Made by a program: the position numbers and the translations under genes
Notes under the pieces: generated by a model
Seen by the model: only the letters and a program-made list of their open reading frames with translations
Told to the model about the DNA's origin: nothing
Database searches by the model: none
Assembly: GCA_963741505.1 (NCBI GenBank)
Contig: CAVUIJ010000008.1
Coordinates: 17,114-81,113 of the forward strand
Reading direction: 5' to 3'
Origin: an uncultured Alphaproteobacteria bacterium
GTDB taxonomy: Bacteria > Pseudomonadota > Alphaproteobacteria > Rhizobiales > Hyphomicrobiaceae
DNA length: 64,000 nucleotides
Shown: in pieces, positions 29,620 through 39,918 of the stretch
How the letters are laid out: every line of letters starts with the position of its first letter
Position numbering within the stretch: position 1 is the stretch's first letter

Positions 29620-30869
29620 GCTACCCCCAGCTTGGCCGCGAACGCGACCAGCGCATCCTCGAAGCACTTCAATGGCGCCTTGACGTTGCCGGCGCCGACC
29701 TGGCCGACGCCCGGCAGGCGGTGCGCGATGCCGGTGTTGATGGTCGGCACGATGCCGGTCTCGACCACGCGGCGGATGTCGATGCCGGTCGGCACGCCGG
29801 CATAGTCCATCGCTGGAATGGTCCACTCGGGGTTCGGGCCGTGTGCAATCTCGGCCATGGCGCGGGTGAAGCGGGCGGCATCCGACGGCTGCCCGGCGCC
29901 GATGAAGCCGACGACGGCCGGCGCCGCACCCATGGCGAAACCGCCAAGCCCGATGGTCTCGACGATGGCGCTGTCGCCCATGTCCGGGTTGGCGTCGGCT
30001 TCCGAAAAGCCGGCGAAGTAGAGGCCGACCGGCATTTCGACCGGCGCCGTGAACCACTGGTCGCCGGTGCCGGACACGCGAATGCCGAAGTCGGTGCCAT
30101 TGCGGCACATGGCGGTGACGATGCTCGAATTGGCGATATCGCGGGCGGGATCGATCATCGCCTTGCCCATCGCCATCGCGACGTTGAGGAAGAACTGGTC
30201 GTTGCGGCCGATGAAGTCGAGGCAGCGGGCAAGTTCCGCCGTGTTCTTCGACGTGCGCGCCAGCGCCGGCGCCAGCAGGCGCAGCAGCAGCGACGAGCAG
30301 GCGACGTTGCGCTGGTGCATCTCGTCGCCCATGGTGAGGCCACGTGCAACCAGCGTCTTCAGCGGTACGCCGCCTGTCTCACCCACGGCACGGCCGAGGG
30401 CCGGGCCAAGGCCGTCACGCAGCCAGGCGAGGCGGGCGAGCACTTCGGCATCATTGCCGCCGAACCGCATCACCTTGCCGAGACCCTCGTTGATGGCACA
30501 ATAGGCTCTGCTGCCGAAGGCGCGGTTCTCGACCACCATCAGCGGCTGGCTGACGGTGGTCATGCCGGTCATCGGGCCGACCGCGCCGAAGTGGTGGTTG
30601 GGGTGGAACTCGAAGGCGCCGCTCGCAGCCTTGCGCTCGGCATCGGCGAGGTCCGTCGCCCAGCCTTCGAACACGGCGATGCCCTGGACCGCGCCGCGCA
30701 TCGGCCCGCACATTCGCTCCCAGCCGATCGGCGGGCCAGCGTGCAGGATCTTTTGGCCAGTCTTGAGCGCCGGGATCGCTTCGCCTGCCGGGATCACATC
30801 GACCAGCACCGGGTCGCTCGCCAGGATGCGCCGCACTGTTTCGGCGTTGGCCGTTTCGATTTGCTTCAT
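29616..30869 (-). CDS. DUF1116 domain protein (E. coli YlbE/AllG-like)
   Basis: 417-aa ORF MKQIETANAETVRRILASDPVLVDVIPAGEAIP...HAGPPIGWERMCGPMRGA. Confidence 0.8.
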   Translation of the reverse strand: MKQIETANAETVRRILASDPVLVDVIPAGEAIPALKTGQKILHAGPPIGWERMCGPMRGAVQGIAVFEGWATDLADAERKAASGAFEFHPNHHFGAVGPMTGMTTVSQPLMVVENRAFGSRAYCAINEGLGKVMRFGGNDAEVLARLAWLRDGLGPALGRAVGETGGVPLKTLVARGLTMGDEMHQRNVACSSLLLRLLAPALARTSKNTAELARCLDFIGRNDQFFLNVAMAMGKAMIDPARDIANSSIVTAMCRNGTDFGIRVSGTGDQWFTAPVEMPVGLYFAGFSEADANPDMGDSAIVETIGLGGFAMGAAPAVVGFIGAGQPSDAARFTRAMAEIAHGPNPEWTIPAMDYAGVPTGIDIRRVVETGIVPTINTGIAHRLPGVGQVGAGNVKAPLKCFEDALVAFAAKLGVA

Positions 30870-30949
30870 GGCTGCACCGATTCGCGGGCTGAGCCGATGC
30901 GCGCTGCCACGAGCTTTGCGGCAAGACTCACGCCCGCCACCCCACAGCC

Positions 30950-31121
30950 GTCATCCCGGCGGTCGTGCGAATGCGCGCGGGGCGCGACGGCCGGGACACA
31001 CGACAAACAACCGCGGGTGCGGTGCAAGTGGTTCGGAGTCGGCTGCTTCAGCATCGAATTCATTCCTCGGGCACAGGCGTTGTCGAGCCTTGTCGTGTGT
31101 CCCGGCCTTCGCCGGGATGAC
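30950..31121. repeat. REP-type palindromic units in an intergenic region
   Basis: gtcatcccggcggtcgtgcgaatgcgcgcggggcgcgacggccgggacacacgac (30950-31004) and gtcgtgtgtcccggccttcgccgggatgac (31092-31121). Same family as 10676-10816. Confidence 0.7.
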
Positions 31122-31358
31122 GGAGGAAATGCAGCTTGCGATCGACAACCATTTCGTCGCAATCTACGCGCCTTAGCTCCCAAGCTTCGACAGCAGCGCG
31201 GCAAGCTTGGCGTTGCCGCGGGCGGGCGGCTGCCATGCAACGTGGGTGACGGCGACGCCGGCCTCTCGCAGATCGGTGGCGAAGCGTTCGAGACCGATGT
31301 TGATCACGGTTGGCGGGCCGGCGAGCAGCGGCTTACCGCACGTTCTTATTGTCGTCGC

Positions 31359-32636
31359 TCACGCTTTCGCCTCCTCGTAGACCGCATAGGCGGCATCGAG
31401 TGCCTTGCCCGTGGGCGTAGCAAAGCCGTTGCGGCGCAGCACCGCCTCGAACGAGGCGAGACAGCGCAGGATGTTGGCCTTGCGGCAGACGTGGCCCATG
31501 GTGCCGATGCGCCAGATCCGGCCGTGCAGCGGCCCGAACGAGGTGCCGATCTCGATGCCGAAGTCGGCGAGCATCTCGGCCCGCACCTTCTCGCTGTCCT
31601 TGACTTGTTTCGGAATGACGACGCCAGTGACATTGGCCATGCGGTTGGCGGCGTCGCCGAACAGCGTGAGCCCCATCGCCTCGAGCCCGGCGCGAAGTGC
31701 CGCCGACGACAGGCGGTGCCGGGCGATGCCGGCTTCCAACCCTTCCTCCAGCACCACGCAGGCACACTCGCGCGCCGCGTAGACCATGCTCGCCGCCTCG
31801 GTGTGGTGGTTGAGCCGGCGCGGCGACCAGTAATCGACGAGCATGGCGAGGTCGAAATAGTTCGAGCGAATCGCCGGCCCGTTGCCCTCGACGGCGCCCG
31901 GCGCCTTGATGCCCTGCTCGACGTGGCGGCGGTGCTTCAGGATTTCCAAGACGCGGTCGTTGAAGGTGATCGGCGCGATGCCGGGCGGCCCCGACAGGCA
32001 CTTCTGCAGGCCGGCCGAGGCGATGTCGATCTGCCAGTCGTCGGTCTCGAACGGGTTGCCGGCGAGCGAGGCGGTGCAGTCGACGTAGAGGATGGCGTCG
32101 TGGCGGCGGCAGATGGCGCCGATTTCCGCCAGCGGCTGCAGCATGGTGGCCGAGGTGTCGCCCTGGCAGATCGCCACCACTTTTGGCCGATGCTTCTTGA
32201 CCAGATCCTCGATCCGGTCCGGGGTGAAGATGGTGCCCCATTCGATTTCGTCCGACACCACATCGGCGTCCAGCCGGCTGGCAATCTCGACCTTCAAGTG
32301 GCCGAAGCGGCCGAAGATCGGCACCAGCACCTTGTCACCCGGTGCCACGATCGAGGCCAGGCACGCTTCGATGCCGGCGCGCGCGGTGCCGTCGACCATG
32401 AAGGTCTGTGTATTCTTTGTTCGAAAGACGCCGCGATAGAGCGTCATCACCTGGTTCATGACGGCAGTGAACTCGGGGTCGAACTGGCCCTGGATTGGCA
32501 CCGACATGGCGCGCAAGACACGTGGATAGACATCGACCGGGCCCGGTCCCATCAGCAGACGCGGCGCCGGGTCGAGCTGGTGGAACAGCGGATCGCGCGC
32601 GGGCGGTGCCACATACTTCGCGTCATAGGCGGTCAT
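31359..32636 (-). CDS. class-V aminotransferase, alanine/serine-glyoxylate (AGXT/PucG-like) family
   Basis: LLMGPGPVDVYPRVLRAM...DGTARAGIEA...QKCLSGPPG. Start at ATG 32636 (MTAYDAKYV). Confidence 0.8.
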   Translation of the reverse strand: MTAYDAKYVAPPARDPLFHQLDPAPRLLMGPGPVDVYPRVLRAMSVPIQGQFDPEFTAVMNQVMTLYRGVFRTKNTQTFMVDGTARAGIEACLASIVAPGDKVLVPIFGRFGHLKVEIASRLDADVVSDEIEWGTIFTPDRIEDLVKKHRPKVVAICQGDTSATMLQPLAEIGAICRRHDAILYVDCTASLAGNPFETDDWQIDIASAGLQKCLSGPPGIAPITFNDRVLEILKHRRHVEQGIKAPGAVEGNGPAIRSNYFDLAMLVDYWSPRRLNHHTEAASMVYAARECACVVLEEGLEAGIARHRLSSAALRAGLEAMGLTLFGDAANRMANVTGVVIPKQVKDSEKVRAEMLADFGIEIGTSFGPLHGRIWRIGTMGHVCRKANILRCLASFEAVLRRNGFATPTGKALDAAYAVYEEAKA

Positions 32637-32819
32637 GAAGAGCCATTCCGGTGGGCAGGTGAGCCAATGGATGCTGATATGCCCCAGTGGCGGGTGCGAC
32701 CGCAACTGTGGATGCGCCGAAGCGTGCCGCAGCCGCGCCCTATTTCGCGCACAAGTTCGCCGCGAATGCGAATCATCGGCATTGATGCGGACTAGGTGTC
32801 GCAGGCGGGGAGGGGCGGC

Positions 32820-34134
32820 ATGTTCGGGTGGAGCCGTAAGAAGGATGGCTTCGAGTGGCACGAGTATGTGCGCACCACCATCAAGCTGCGTCGCGAGGAT
32901 CGCCGCGCCCGCCTGCTCGACGTCAAGGAAGTGGCCGCCGACGGCTTGAAATACGCCGGCCGTGCCAGCGTCAGCGCCGGCAGCAGCGGTGCGGTGATGG
33001 CTTGGAATGGCCTAATCTCGGCCATCCAGATGATGATCAGAGGTGCAATCGCAGGGGGAAATGCCATGGCCCGAACGGCTGAAAACAAGATCGTCCCGGC
33101 CGGACGCAGCTTCCTGACGCTGGCCGAGCCATGGTTGAAGCGGATTGGCGGCAGCCCGTTGCTGCTGCTGCTGCTGGGGTTCATCGGCCTGACCGCTTTT
33201 CATGCTGCATTTGCGCGCTCGCGCGGCGGTGGTGCGATGGCCGAGACGATCCTGATTGCGGTCGTTGGCACGCTGGCCCTGGTGGCCGCGGTCGCTCCTT
33301 GGTTCTCAGGTCATGCGCGCATGACCGCCGCGAGGTCGCTGCGCGGCGCCGGGGATGGCTTGCAGCGCTCGGTGCCCGGGCTCGCGCGGTTGAGCAAAGG
33401 CCAGCGTCGCGGCCTTGGGCTCGCGGCACTGGCGGCGCTGGTGGTGGGTGTCGGCTACATCGCGAACTCGGGCCACGCCCACGGGGCTGATCGGTCTGGG
33501 CAGCTTCAACCCGTTCGCAGCCAGGGTCATCGAAGGCCGTGCCACGGCGCTCGCTGGCGATGCGATCCGGATCGATGGCACGGCGATACGCCTGGCCGGC
33601 ATCGAGGCGCCGGAGGCCGACCAGAAGTGCACGGGCGCCAACAAGAAGAAGTGGTCGTGCGGCGAGGCGGCCCAGAGCGCGCTGCAGCGGATCATCAAGG
33701 CGAAGACCGTGCGTTGCGAGGTCTCCGGCAGCGATGCCGCCGGCCGCTCGCTCGGCACCTGTCAGACGGTCAACACCGGCAACGCGCAGGATGTCGCGGC
33801 GGCGCTGGTGAAGGAGGGCGTGGTATTCGCCGACGGCGGCTTGTTCACGGGCTATGGCGCCTTCGAGGCGGAGGCCAAGTCGAAGAAGACCGGACTATGG
33901 CGTGGCGAAGCGGAACGCCCGGCGGACTATCGCGCCAAGCTGTGGGAGGCCGCCGCCAAGGCGGCGCCGGACGGCTGCCCGATCAAGGGCCAGATCGCCG
34001 GCGATGCCAAGTCGTACGTATTGCCGTGGTCACCGGACTATGCCGGTGTCCGGGTGCGCGCCGCGCGCGGCGAGCGCTGGTTCTGCACGGAAAGTGAAGC
34101 ACAAGCGGCGGGCTGGAAGATCGCGACGAAATAG
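32820..34134 (+). pseudogene. membrane-anchored thermonuclease (SNase-like) with C-terminal sunset-type domain, one frame break
   Basis: The N-terminal TM region (ORF 32796-) joins ORF 33415-34134 at HAHG|LIGLGSFNP, with an extra G near 33485. SNase-like AIRIDGTAIRLAGIEAPE...LWRGE. C-terminus GCPIKGQIAG..KSYVLPWSPDY...RWFCTESEAQAAGWK. Confidence 0.7.
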
Positions 34135-34280
34135 CAGAACCGCCGGCGATGGCGATCAGCAAAGATAGGGCGCCGCCGCAGTACTGCGCTGCGTGCGGGG
34201 CCGCTTGACGATGGCCGCATCCTGGCGTCTCGTTCGGGCCAAATGGGCGATCGTTACGCCCCAGGCCGCCGGAGGACACC

Positions 34281-35799
34281 ATGCAAGACACGCCAGCGAA
34301 ACTCAAAGCCTTCCAGACCTTCATCGACGGCAAATGGTGCAATGCCGCCTCGGGCAAGACCTTCAAGACCTACGACCCCTATACCGGCGAGGCTTGGGCC
34401 GAGATCCCCGAGTGCGACGCGAGCGACGTCGACAAGGCGTGCAACGCGGCCGCGAAAGCGTTCGAGAGCGGACCGTGGCCGGGGATGACGCAGACCGCAC
34501 GCGGCGCGCTGTTGCGCAAGATCGCGGGCCTCATCGAGCAGCACGGCGACTATCTGGCGCAGATCGAGGTGCGCGACAACGGCAAGTTGATCTCGGAAAT
34601 GCAGGCGCAGCTGCGCTACATGCCGCAGTGGTACTACTACTACGCCGGCCTCGCCGATAAGATCCAAGGCGCGGTGGTGCCGGTCGATAAGCCTGACCAC
34701 TTCGCCTACATCCTGCGCGAGCCGGTCGGCGTCTGCGCCATGGTGATCCCGTGGAACTCGCCGCTGCTGCTGGTCGCCTGGAAGCTGGCGCCGGCGCTGG
34801 CCACCGGCTGTACGGCGGTGATCAAGCCGTCGGAATACACCTCCGCCTCGCTGCTCGAGTTCATGCGGCTCGTCATCGAGCCCGCCGGGGTTCCGGCCGG
34901 TGTCGTCAACGTGGTGACGGGCTACGGCGCCGCCGCTGGCGAGCCGCTGGTGACGCATCCGAAGGTCGCCAAGGTCGCCTTCACTGGCGGCTCGGTGACC
35001 GGCGCCCGTGTTGCGTCGCTGGCCGGCCAAACCTTCAAGAAGGTGTCGCTGGAACTCGGCGGCAAGTCGCCCAACATCGTGTTCGACGATTGCGTGATCG
35101 ACGATGCGGTCAACGGCGCGATCTCCGGCATTTTCGCCGCCACCGGCCAGACCTGCGTCGCCGGCTCCCGGCTGCTGGTGCAGGAAAGCATCCACGACAA
35201 GTTCGTCGACAAGCTGCTCGGCGTCGCCAAGACGGCGAAACTCGGCAACCCGCAAAGCTTCGAGACCCAGGTCGGCCCGGTGACGACACCGCCGCAATAC
35301 CAGAAAATCCTGGGCTACATCGACATCGCCAAGGGCGAAGGCGCCCATGTGCGTTCTGGGCGGCGGGCCGGCGACCGCGGCCGAAGGCGGCGGCAAGTAC
35401 TTCGTCAAGCCGACCATCTTCACCGGCGTCAACAACCGGATGCGCATCGCCCAGGAGGAAGTGTTCGGGCCGGTGCTGTCGGTGATCAAGTTCAAGGACG
35501 AGGCCGACGCGGTTCAGATCGCCAACGACGTGATCTACGGCTTGGGCTCGGGCATCTGGACGCAATCGGTCAACCGGGCGCTGACAATGGCCAAGAAGAT
35601 CCGCGCCGGCACCGTATGGGTCAATACCTACCGTGCGGTCAGCTTCACGATGCCGTTCGGCGGCTACAAGTCATCCGGTCTCGGTCGCGAGAACGGCATG
35701 GATGCGATCAACGAGTACCTGCACACCAAGAGCGTGTGGGTTAACACCGCGACCGGCGGCGGTGGCAATCCGTTCGTGATGAAGACCTCGGCTTCTTGA
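34281..35799 (+). pseudogene. NAD(P)-dependent aldehyde dehydrogenase, one frame break
   Basis: VIPWNSPLL, FTGGSVTG, LELGGKSPNIVF and catalytic ATGQTCVAGSRL. The C-terminus EEVFGPVLSVIKF...YGLGSGIWT lies in ORF 35347-35799. Break near 35345. Confidence 0.85.
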
Positions 35800-35910
35800 G
35801 TGGTCGCAGGCGACTCCCCTCCGGGGAGCCGGCCGCCTGCGACGGGGAACGGAGTCCCGCGCTTGCCGGCCGGCGCGCGGAACGCGTGTCGGCATGCGCA
35901 AAACGAAATG

Positions 35911-35936
35911 CCCGCAGCCGGGGGGAGGCTGCGGGC
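35911..35936 (-). terminator. rho-independent terminator (minus-strand direction), ~220 nt beyond the protease stop
   Basis: The minus-strand RNA CCCGCAGCC-UCCCCCC-GGCUGCGGG is followed by CAUUUCGUUUUG. Confidence 0.5.
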
Positions 35937-36156
35937 GGGATGTAGCGCCACGAGGGGGGATCTTCGGGACAGCGCTACTTTATATAAAGTACATCCGTCG
36001 GGGTTGCATTGCAACAAAAATGGAATAGCTGATATTCAATATTGTCAAACCAGAGATAACTGCATGCAGTTACAGCAAATATCGACCGCGAACTCACTAT
36101 AGTTGTCGTGTCTTTTGGCGCTTTAGACTTCAGATGTTTGCGCATTTTTGATCGGA

Positions 36157-37185
36157 TCAGGACCGCTCGCGCTCTTCGGGCGCGATCACGCATTCGAGCT
36201 TTGCCTCGCCTCTCAGCAGGGTGGTCGTCACCTGACGCCCGATTACCCCATGATCGAGCAGGCGCGACATATCGTCGACACCGGTCACCGGCATGCCGTC
36301 GAGTGCCAGAATTATGTCACCCGCCTTGAGACCACCACGGTCGGCTGGACTACCGGTCTGCAGCTCGCGGATGCGCACCGCGCTCGACTGGCTCACGCCG
36401 CCGCGATCGGCAAGTCGTCGCGGCAACGGGATTTGCTCGGCGACGATGCCGATGCGGGCGCGGCGGACCCGGCCATGACTGAGGACCTGGGTCAATACGT
36501 GCAATGCGGTGTTGGCTGCGACCGAGAAGCAAATGCCCTGGGCGCCGGCGATCATGGCCGTATTGATGCCGATCACCGCCGCCGCCGAGCTCACCAGCGG
36601 GCCGCCGGAGTTGCCGGGGTTCAACGCCGCGTCGGTCTGGATCACATCGCCGATCAGCCGGCCGTTCTGGGCCCGCAAGGAACGGCCGACGGCGCTGACG
36701 ATGCCGGCGGTGACGGTCGACTCGAAGCCCAGCGGATTGCCGATCGCGATCGCAATCTGGCCGGGGCGGACGGTCTTCGAATTGGCGAGCTGCGCCACCG
36801 GCAGGGTTTCGTGCGTCTCGCCGCGCAACACCGCAAGATCGCTGTCGGCGTCGCGGCCAAGGACCCGCGCCTTGAAGCGGCGGCCATCGCCGAGGCTAAG
36901 CTCGATTTCGCTGGCGCCGTCGATGACATGATTGTTGGTGAGCACGATGCCGTCCGGTGAAACGATCACCCCGCTGCCCGAGCCCTGAGCCATGCGTCCG
37001 CGATGTTGCGCGCGCACCTGCACGTGCACGACCGACGGCGAAACCGCCTCGACCACGGCGACGACCGCCGCCGAATAGGCGTCGAGCAGATCGCTGTCGG
37101 CCGGCGGCACTGCCACGCGCGGCGCAACTTGCGACGGGTCGCTTGAACCGTGCAGCCACTTCGGTCGAAAGAGCATGACGCCCAT
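36157..37185 (-). CDS. S1C (HtrA/DegP-like) trypsin-type serine protease with C-terminal PDZ domain
   Basis: Triad contexts TNNHVI, DSDLAVL and GNSGGPL. PDZ region GSPADRGGLKAGDIILALDG. Start at 37185 or 37176. Confidence 0.85.
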   Translation of the reverse strand: MGVMLFRPKWLHGSSDPSQVAPRVAVPPADSDLLDAYSAAVVAVVEAVSPSVVHVQVRAQHRGRMAQGSGSGVIVSPDGIVLTNNHVIDGASEIELSLGDGRRFKARVLGRDADSDLAVLRGETHETLPVAQLANSKTVRPGQIAIAIGNPLGFESTVTAGIVSAVGRSLRAQNGRLIGDVIQTDAALNPGNSGGPLVSSAAAVIGINTAMIAGAQGICFSVAANTALHVLTQVLSHGRVRRARIGIVAEQIPLPRRLADRGGVSQSSAVRIRELQTGSPADRGGLKAGDIILALDGMPVTGVDDMSRLLDHGVIGRQVTTTLLRGEAKLECVIAPEERERS

Positions 37186-37312
37186 TTCGTTGACTCCTGA
37201 ACTCCCTGTCGGCGGCAGATGGTGTCGCGGCGCGTGGTTGACCAGGGTGGCAATGCGATGCCAAACCGGGCTGCCGCCACTATCGCCATCACAGTTTCGA
37301 GATCGACGCATC

Positions 37313-38371
37313 ATGAGCACCGACGACGTCATCATCGGCCGCGCCGGTCGCGCCGGCCGTATCACCATGAACCGGCCAGCCGCGCTCAATGCCCTGACTA
37401 CGCCCATGGTCGGCCTGATCACGACGGCGCTCGAAGCGTGGCGCAGCGAACCGGCGGTCGAACTGGTCATCCTCGACGGCAATGGCGGGCGCGCACTGTG
37501 CGCCGGCGGCGACGTGATGTCGTTATACAATAGCCGGGCCGAGGGTTCCGGTTTTGCGCGCACATTCTGGTCCACCGAATACCGGCTCGACGCCATGATC
37601 GGGCGCTACCCGAAGCCGTTCGTTGCGCTGATGGACGGCATCGTGATGGGCGGTGGCATCGGCTTGTCGGCTCACGCCTCGCATCGCATCGTTACCGAGC
37701 GCTCGATGCTCGCCATGCCGGAAACGGGCATCGGCCTGGTCCCGGACGTCGGCGGCACCTGGCTGCTGTCGCATGCGCCGGGCGAAGTCGGCACTTATCT
37801 GGCGCTGACAGGCGCGCGGATGTCAGGCGCGGACGCCATTTTCGCCGGCTTCGCCGACACCTTCGTCGAATTGGGTCGTCTGCCCGCCCTCGTCGAAGCC
37901 TTGCAATCGGCGCCGGTTGTGGATGTCGCCGCGACGGTCGCCTCGTTTGCCGGCGCCGCCCCGCCGAGCGATCTGGCCGTCCGCTCGGCCGAGATCGACG
38001 TCATATTTTCCTTCACGCGGCTGGAGGCGATCCAAGCGGCGTTGTCGCAATCGGCAAGCCCGTGGACGGCGAGGACGCTTGCCGACCTCAGTCATAAGTC
38101 GCCGAAGGCGATGAAGGTCGCCCTGGCGGCGCTGCGGCAAGCGCGCCAGCTGCCTTCGCTCGAGGCCGCACTCGACATCGAGTTCCGCATCGTCACCCGG
38201 CTGTTCGAGGATGGCGAGTTCATCGAAGGCGTGCGCGCGCTGCTGGTCGACAAGGACAGGAAGCCGAAGTGGCGACCAGCGACAGTGCCCGAGGTGAGCG
38301 ATGCCGAGGTCGCGCAGTTGATGGCGCCGCTGCCGCCGGGGCTGGAGTTGGGGCTGGCAGCAGGGTCCTGA
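37313..38371 (+). CDS. enoyl-CoA hydratase/isomerase family, 3-hydroxyisobutyryl-CoA-hydrolase-like
   Basis: ITMNRPAALNALT...ALCAGGDV...MDGIVMGGGIGLS plus the long C-terminal extension typical of HIBCH. Confidence 0.8.
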   Translation: MSTDDVIIGRAGRAGRITMNRPAALNALTTPMVGLITTALEAWRSEPAVELVILDGNGGRALCAGGDVMSLYNSRAEGSGFARTFWSTEYRLDAMIGRYPKPFVALMDGIVMGGGIGLSAHASHRIVTERSMLAMPETGIGLVPDVGGTWLLSHAPGEVGTYLALTGARMSGADAIFAGFADTFVELGRLPALVEALQSAPVVDVAATVASFAGAAPPSDLAVRSAEIDVIFSFTRLEAIQAALSQSASPWTARTLADLSHKSPKAMKVALAALRQARQLPSLEAALDIEFRIVTRLFEDGEFIEGVRALLVDKDRKPKWRPATVPEVSDAEVAQLMAPLPPGLELGLAAGS

Positions 38372-38459
38372 AAGCTCCACCGGGCCAATCCACCCTCGCA
38401 CGATTGCCAATCACTACTACCTCAAGGTGGGCGCGAAACGAGCGCCACCGCGACTGACG

Positions 38460-39707
38460 TCATGCAGCGTTCTCGCGCCTGATGGCCGGCCGATCCAGTT
38501 CTGCCAGCCGCCGTTCTTCCGCCAACATGTAATCGCGCGTGAGCGGCAGGGCGCGTTGCTGTCTTATCAATTGGATCTGGAACACCATCAGACCCTGGTA
38601 ACGGAAGGCGGATTCAGAAGCTGCCAGATAGAATTCCCACATGCGGCAGAAACGGTCGCCGAGCAGGTCCGCAGCCTTGAGCCGGTTGGCATGGAAGCGG
38701 ACACGCCAATGCCGCAGGGTCTCCGCGTAGTGCAGCCTCAATATTTCGATGTCGCTGATGACAAGGCCTGACCGCTCGATGGCCGGCAGCACTTCGCTCA
38801 GCGCCGGAATGTAGCCGCCTGGGAAGATATACTTGGCGATGAAGGGATTGGTCACGGTCGGCACGTCGGAGCGGCCGATCGAATGGACCAATGCCACTCC
38901 ATCGTCGGCGAGCAGCGCTGCAATCTTGTCGAAATAGGCCTGATAGTGGTTGACGCCGACGTGCTCGAACATGCCGACCGATACGATCCGATCGAAGCGG
39001 CCTTCGACATGGCGGTAATCCTGCAACTCGAAACGGACGGCGCGCCGCAACGCGGATTGCTCAGCCCGCGCGCGCGCCACCTGCAGTTGCTCTACGGACA
39101 GCGTTATGCCCGTAACCTCGACCTGGGCGACCGAGGCCAGATAGAGCCCAAGTCCGCCCCAGCCGGAGCCGATGTCGAGAACCCGATGGCCCTTCTTCAG
39201 TGCCAGTTTCGCCGCAATATGACGTTTCTTGGCCAGCTGCGCCTCCTCCAGATCGCTGGTGTCGTGGAAGTAGGCGCAGGAGTACTGCCGGTCAGCGTCG
39301 AGAAACAGATCGTAGATGGCGCCGCTGATATCATAGTGATGGGCCACATTGGAGCGCGCCCGCGGTGCCGGGTTGTACTGCTGCATGCGCTTTGACAGGC
39401 GCCTGGCGCTGTCAAGCGCACACATCCAGCGCGGGAAGGGTTTGCGCTCCGCATTGCTCAGCATGATCTCGAGGAAATCGTAGATCGTGCCTGCCTCGAC
39501 CACGAATCGGCCCTGCGTGTAGGCTTCACCCAGTGCCAGTTGCGGATTGAATGCGAGGCTTCGCTCCAGGCGGCGATCCGAGAGGCGAATGACGACCGCA
39601 GTCCCCGTCCGGTCGCCGAAAGCGTGATGATTTCCATCACTGTCGATCACCTCGAGATCACCGGTCGCGACGGTGCGGTCGAAGATAAGCTTGAGCGGAG
39701 CAAACAT
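38460..39707 (-). CDS. cfa: cyclopropane-fatty-acyl-phospholipid synthase family methyltransferase
   Basis: HYDISGAIYDLFLD...VLDIGSGWGGLGLYLA...FPGGYIPAL...WRVRF. Confidence 0.85.
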   Translation of the reverse strand: MFAPLKLIFDRTVATGDLEVIDSDGNHHAFGDRTGTAVVIRLSDRRLERSLAFNPQLALGEAYTQGRFVVEAGTIYDFLEIMLSNAERKPFPRWMCALDSARRLSKRMQQYNPAPRARSNVAHHYDISGAIYDLFLDADRQYSCAYFHDTSDLEEAQLAKKRHIAAKLALKKGHRVLDIGSGWGGLGLYLASVAQVEVTGITLSVEQLQVARARAEQSALRRAVRFELQDYRHVEGRFDRIVSVGMFEHVGVNHYQAYFDKIAALLADDGVALVHSIGRSDVPTVTNPFIAKYIFPGGYIPALSEVLPAIERSGLVISDIEILRLHYAETLRHWRVRFHANRLKAADLLGDRFCRMWEFYLAASESAFRYQGLMVFQIQLIRQQRALPLTRDYMLAEERRLAELDRPAIRRENAA

Positions 39708-39918
39708 TGGAGACCAAGCCTCCTGTATTCATACCTAGCCGCACACAGCGCGGCCGACTGATCCCGCATGTAGCGGGTCAGACTATTGTGATGCTGCCAG
39801 CGGCGAATTGACCCACCGCAATGTCGCACGGCCGACGGCGGTTCAATTGTAGAACAATATAATGGGCATCGCCGGTGGGAGCGGGAATACGCTGCACTCA
39901 CTGCTCCGAGGCTGCGCC

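Noticed and set aside
29721-32795. 1024-aa plus-strand ORF, the longest in the window
   Set aside because: It is antisense to DUF1116 and the class-V aminotransferase and crosses a REP-filled intergenic region. It has no recognisable motifs and the Arg/Gly/Asp-rich bias of a shadow ORF.
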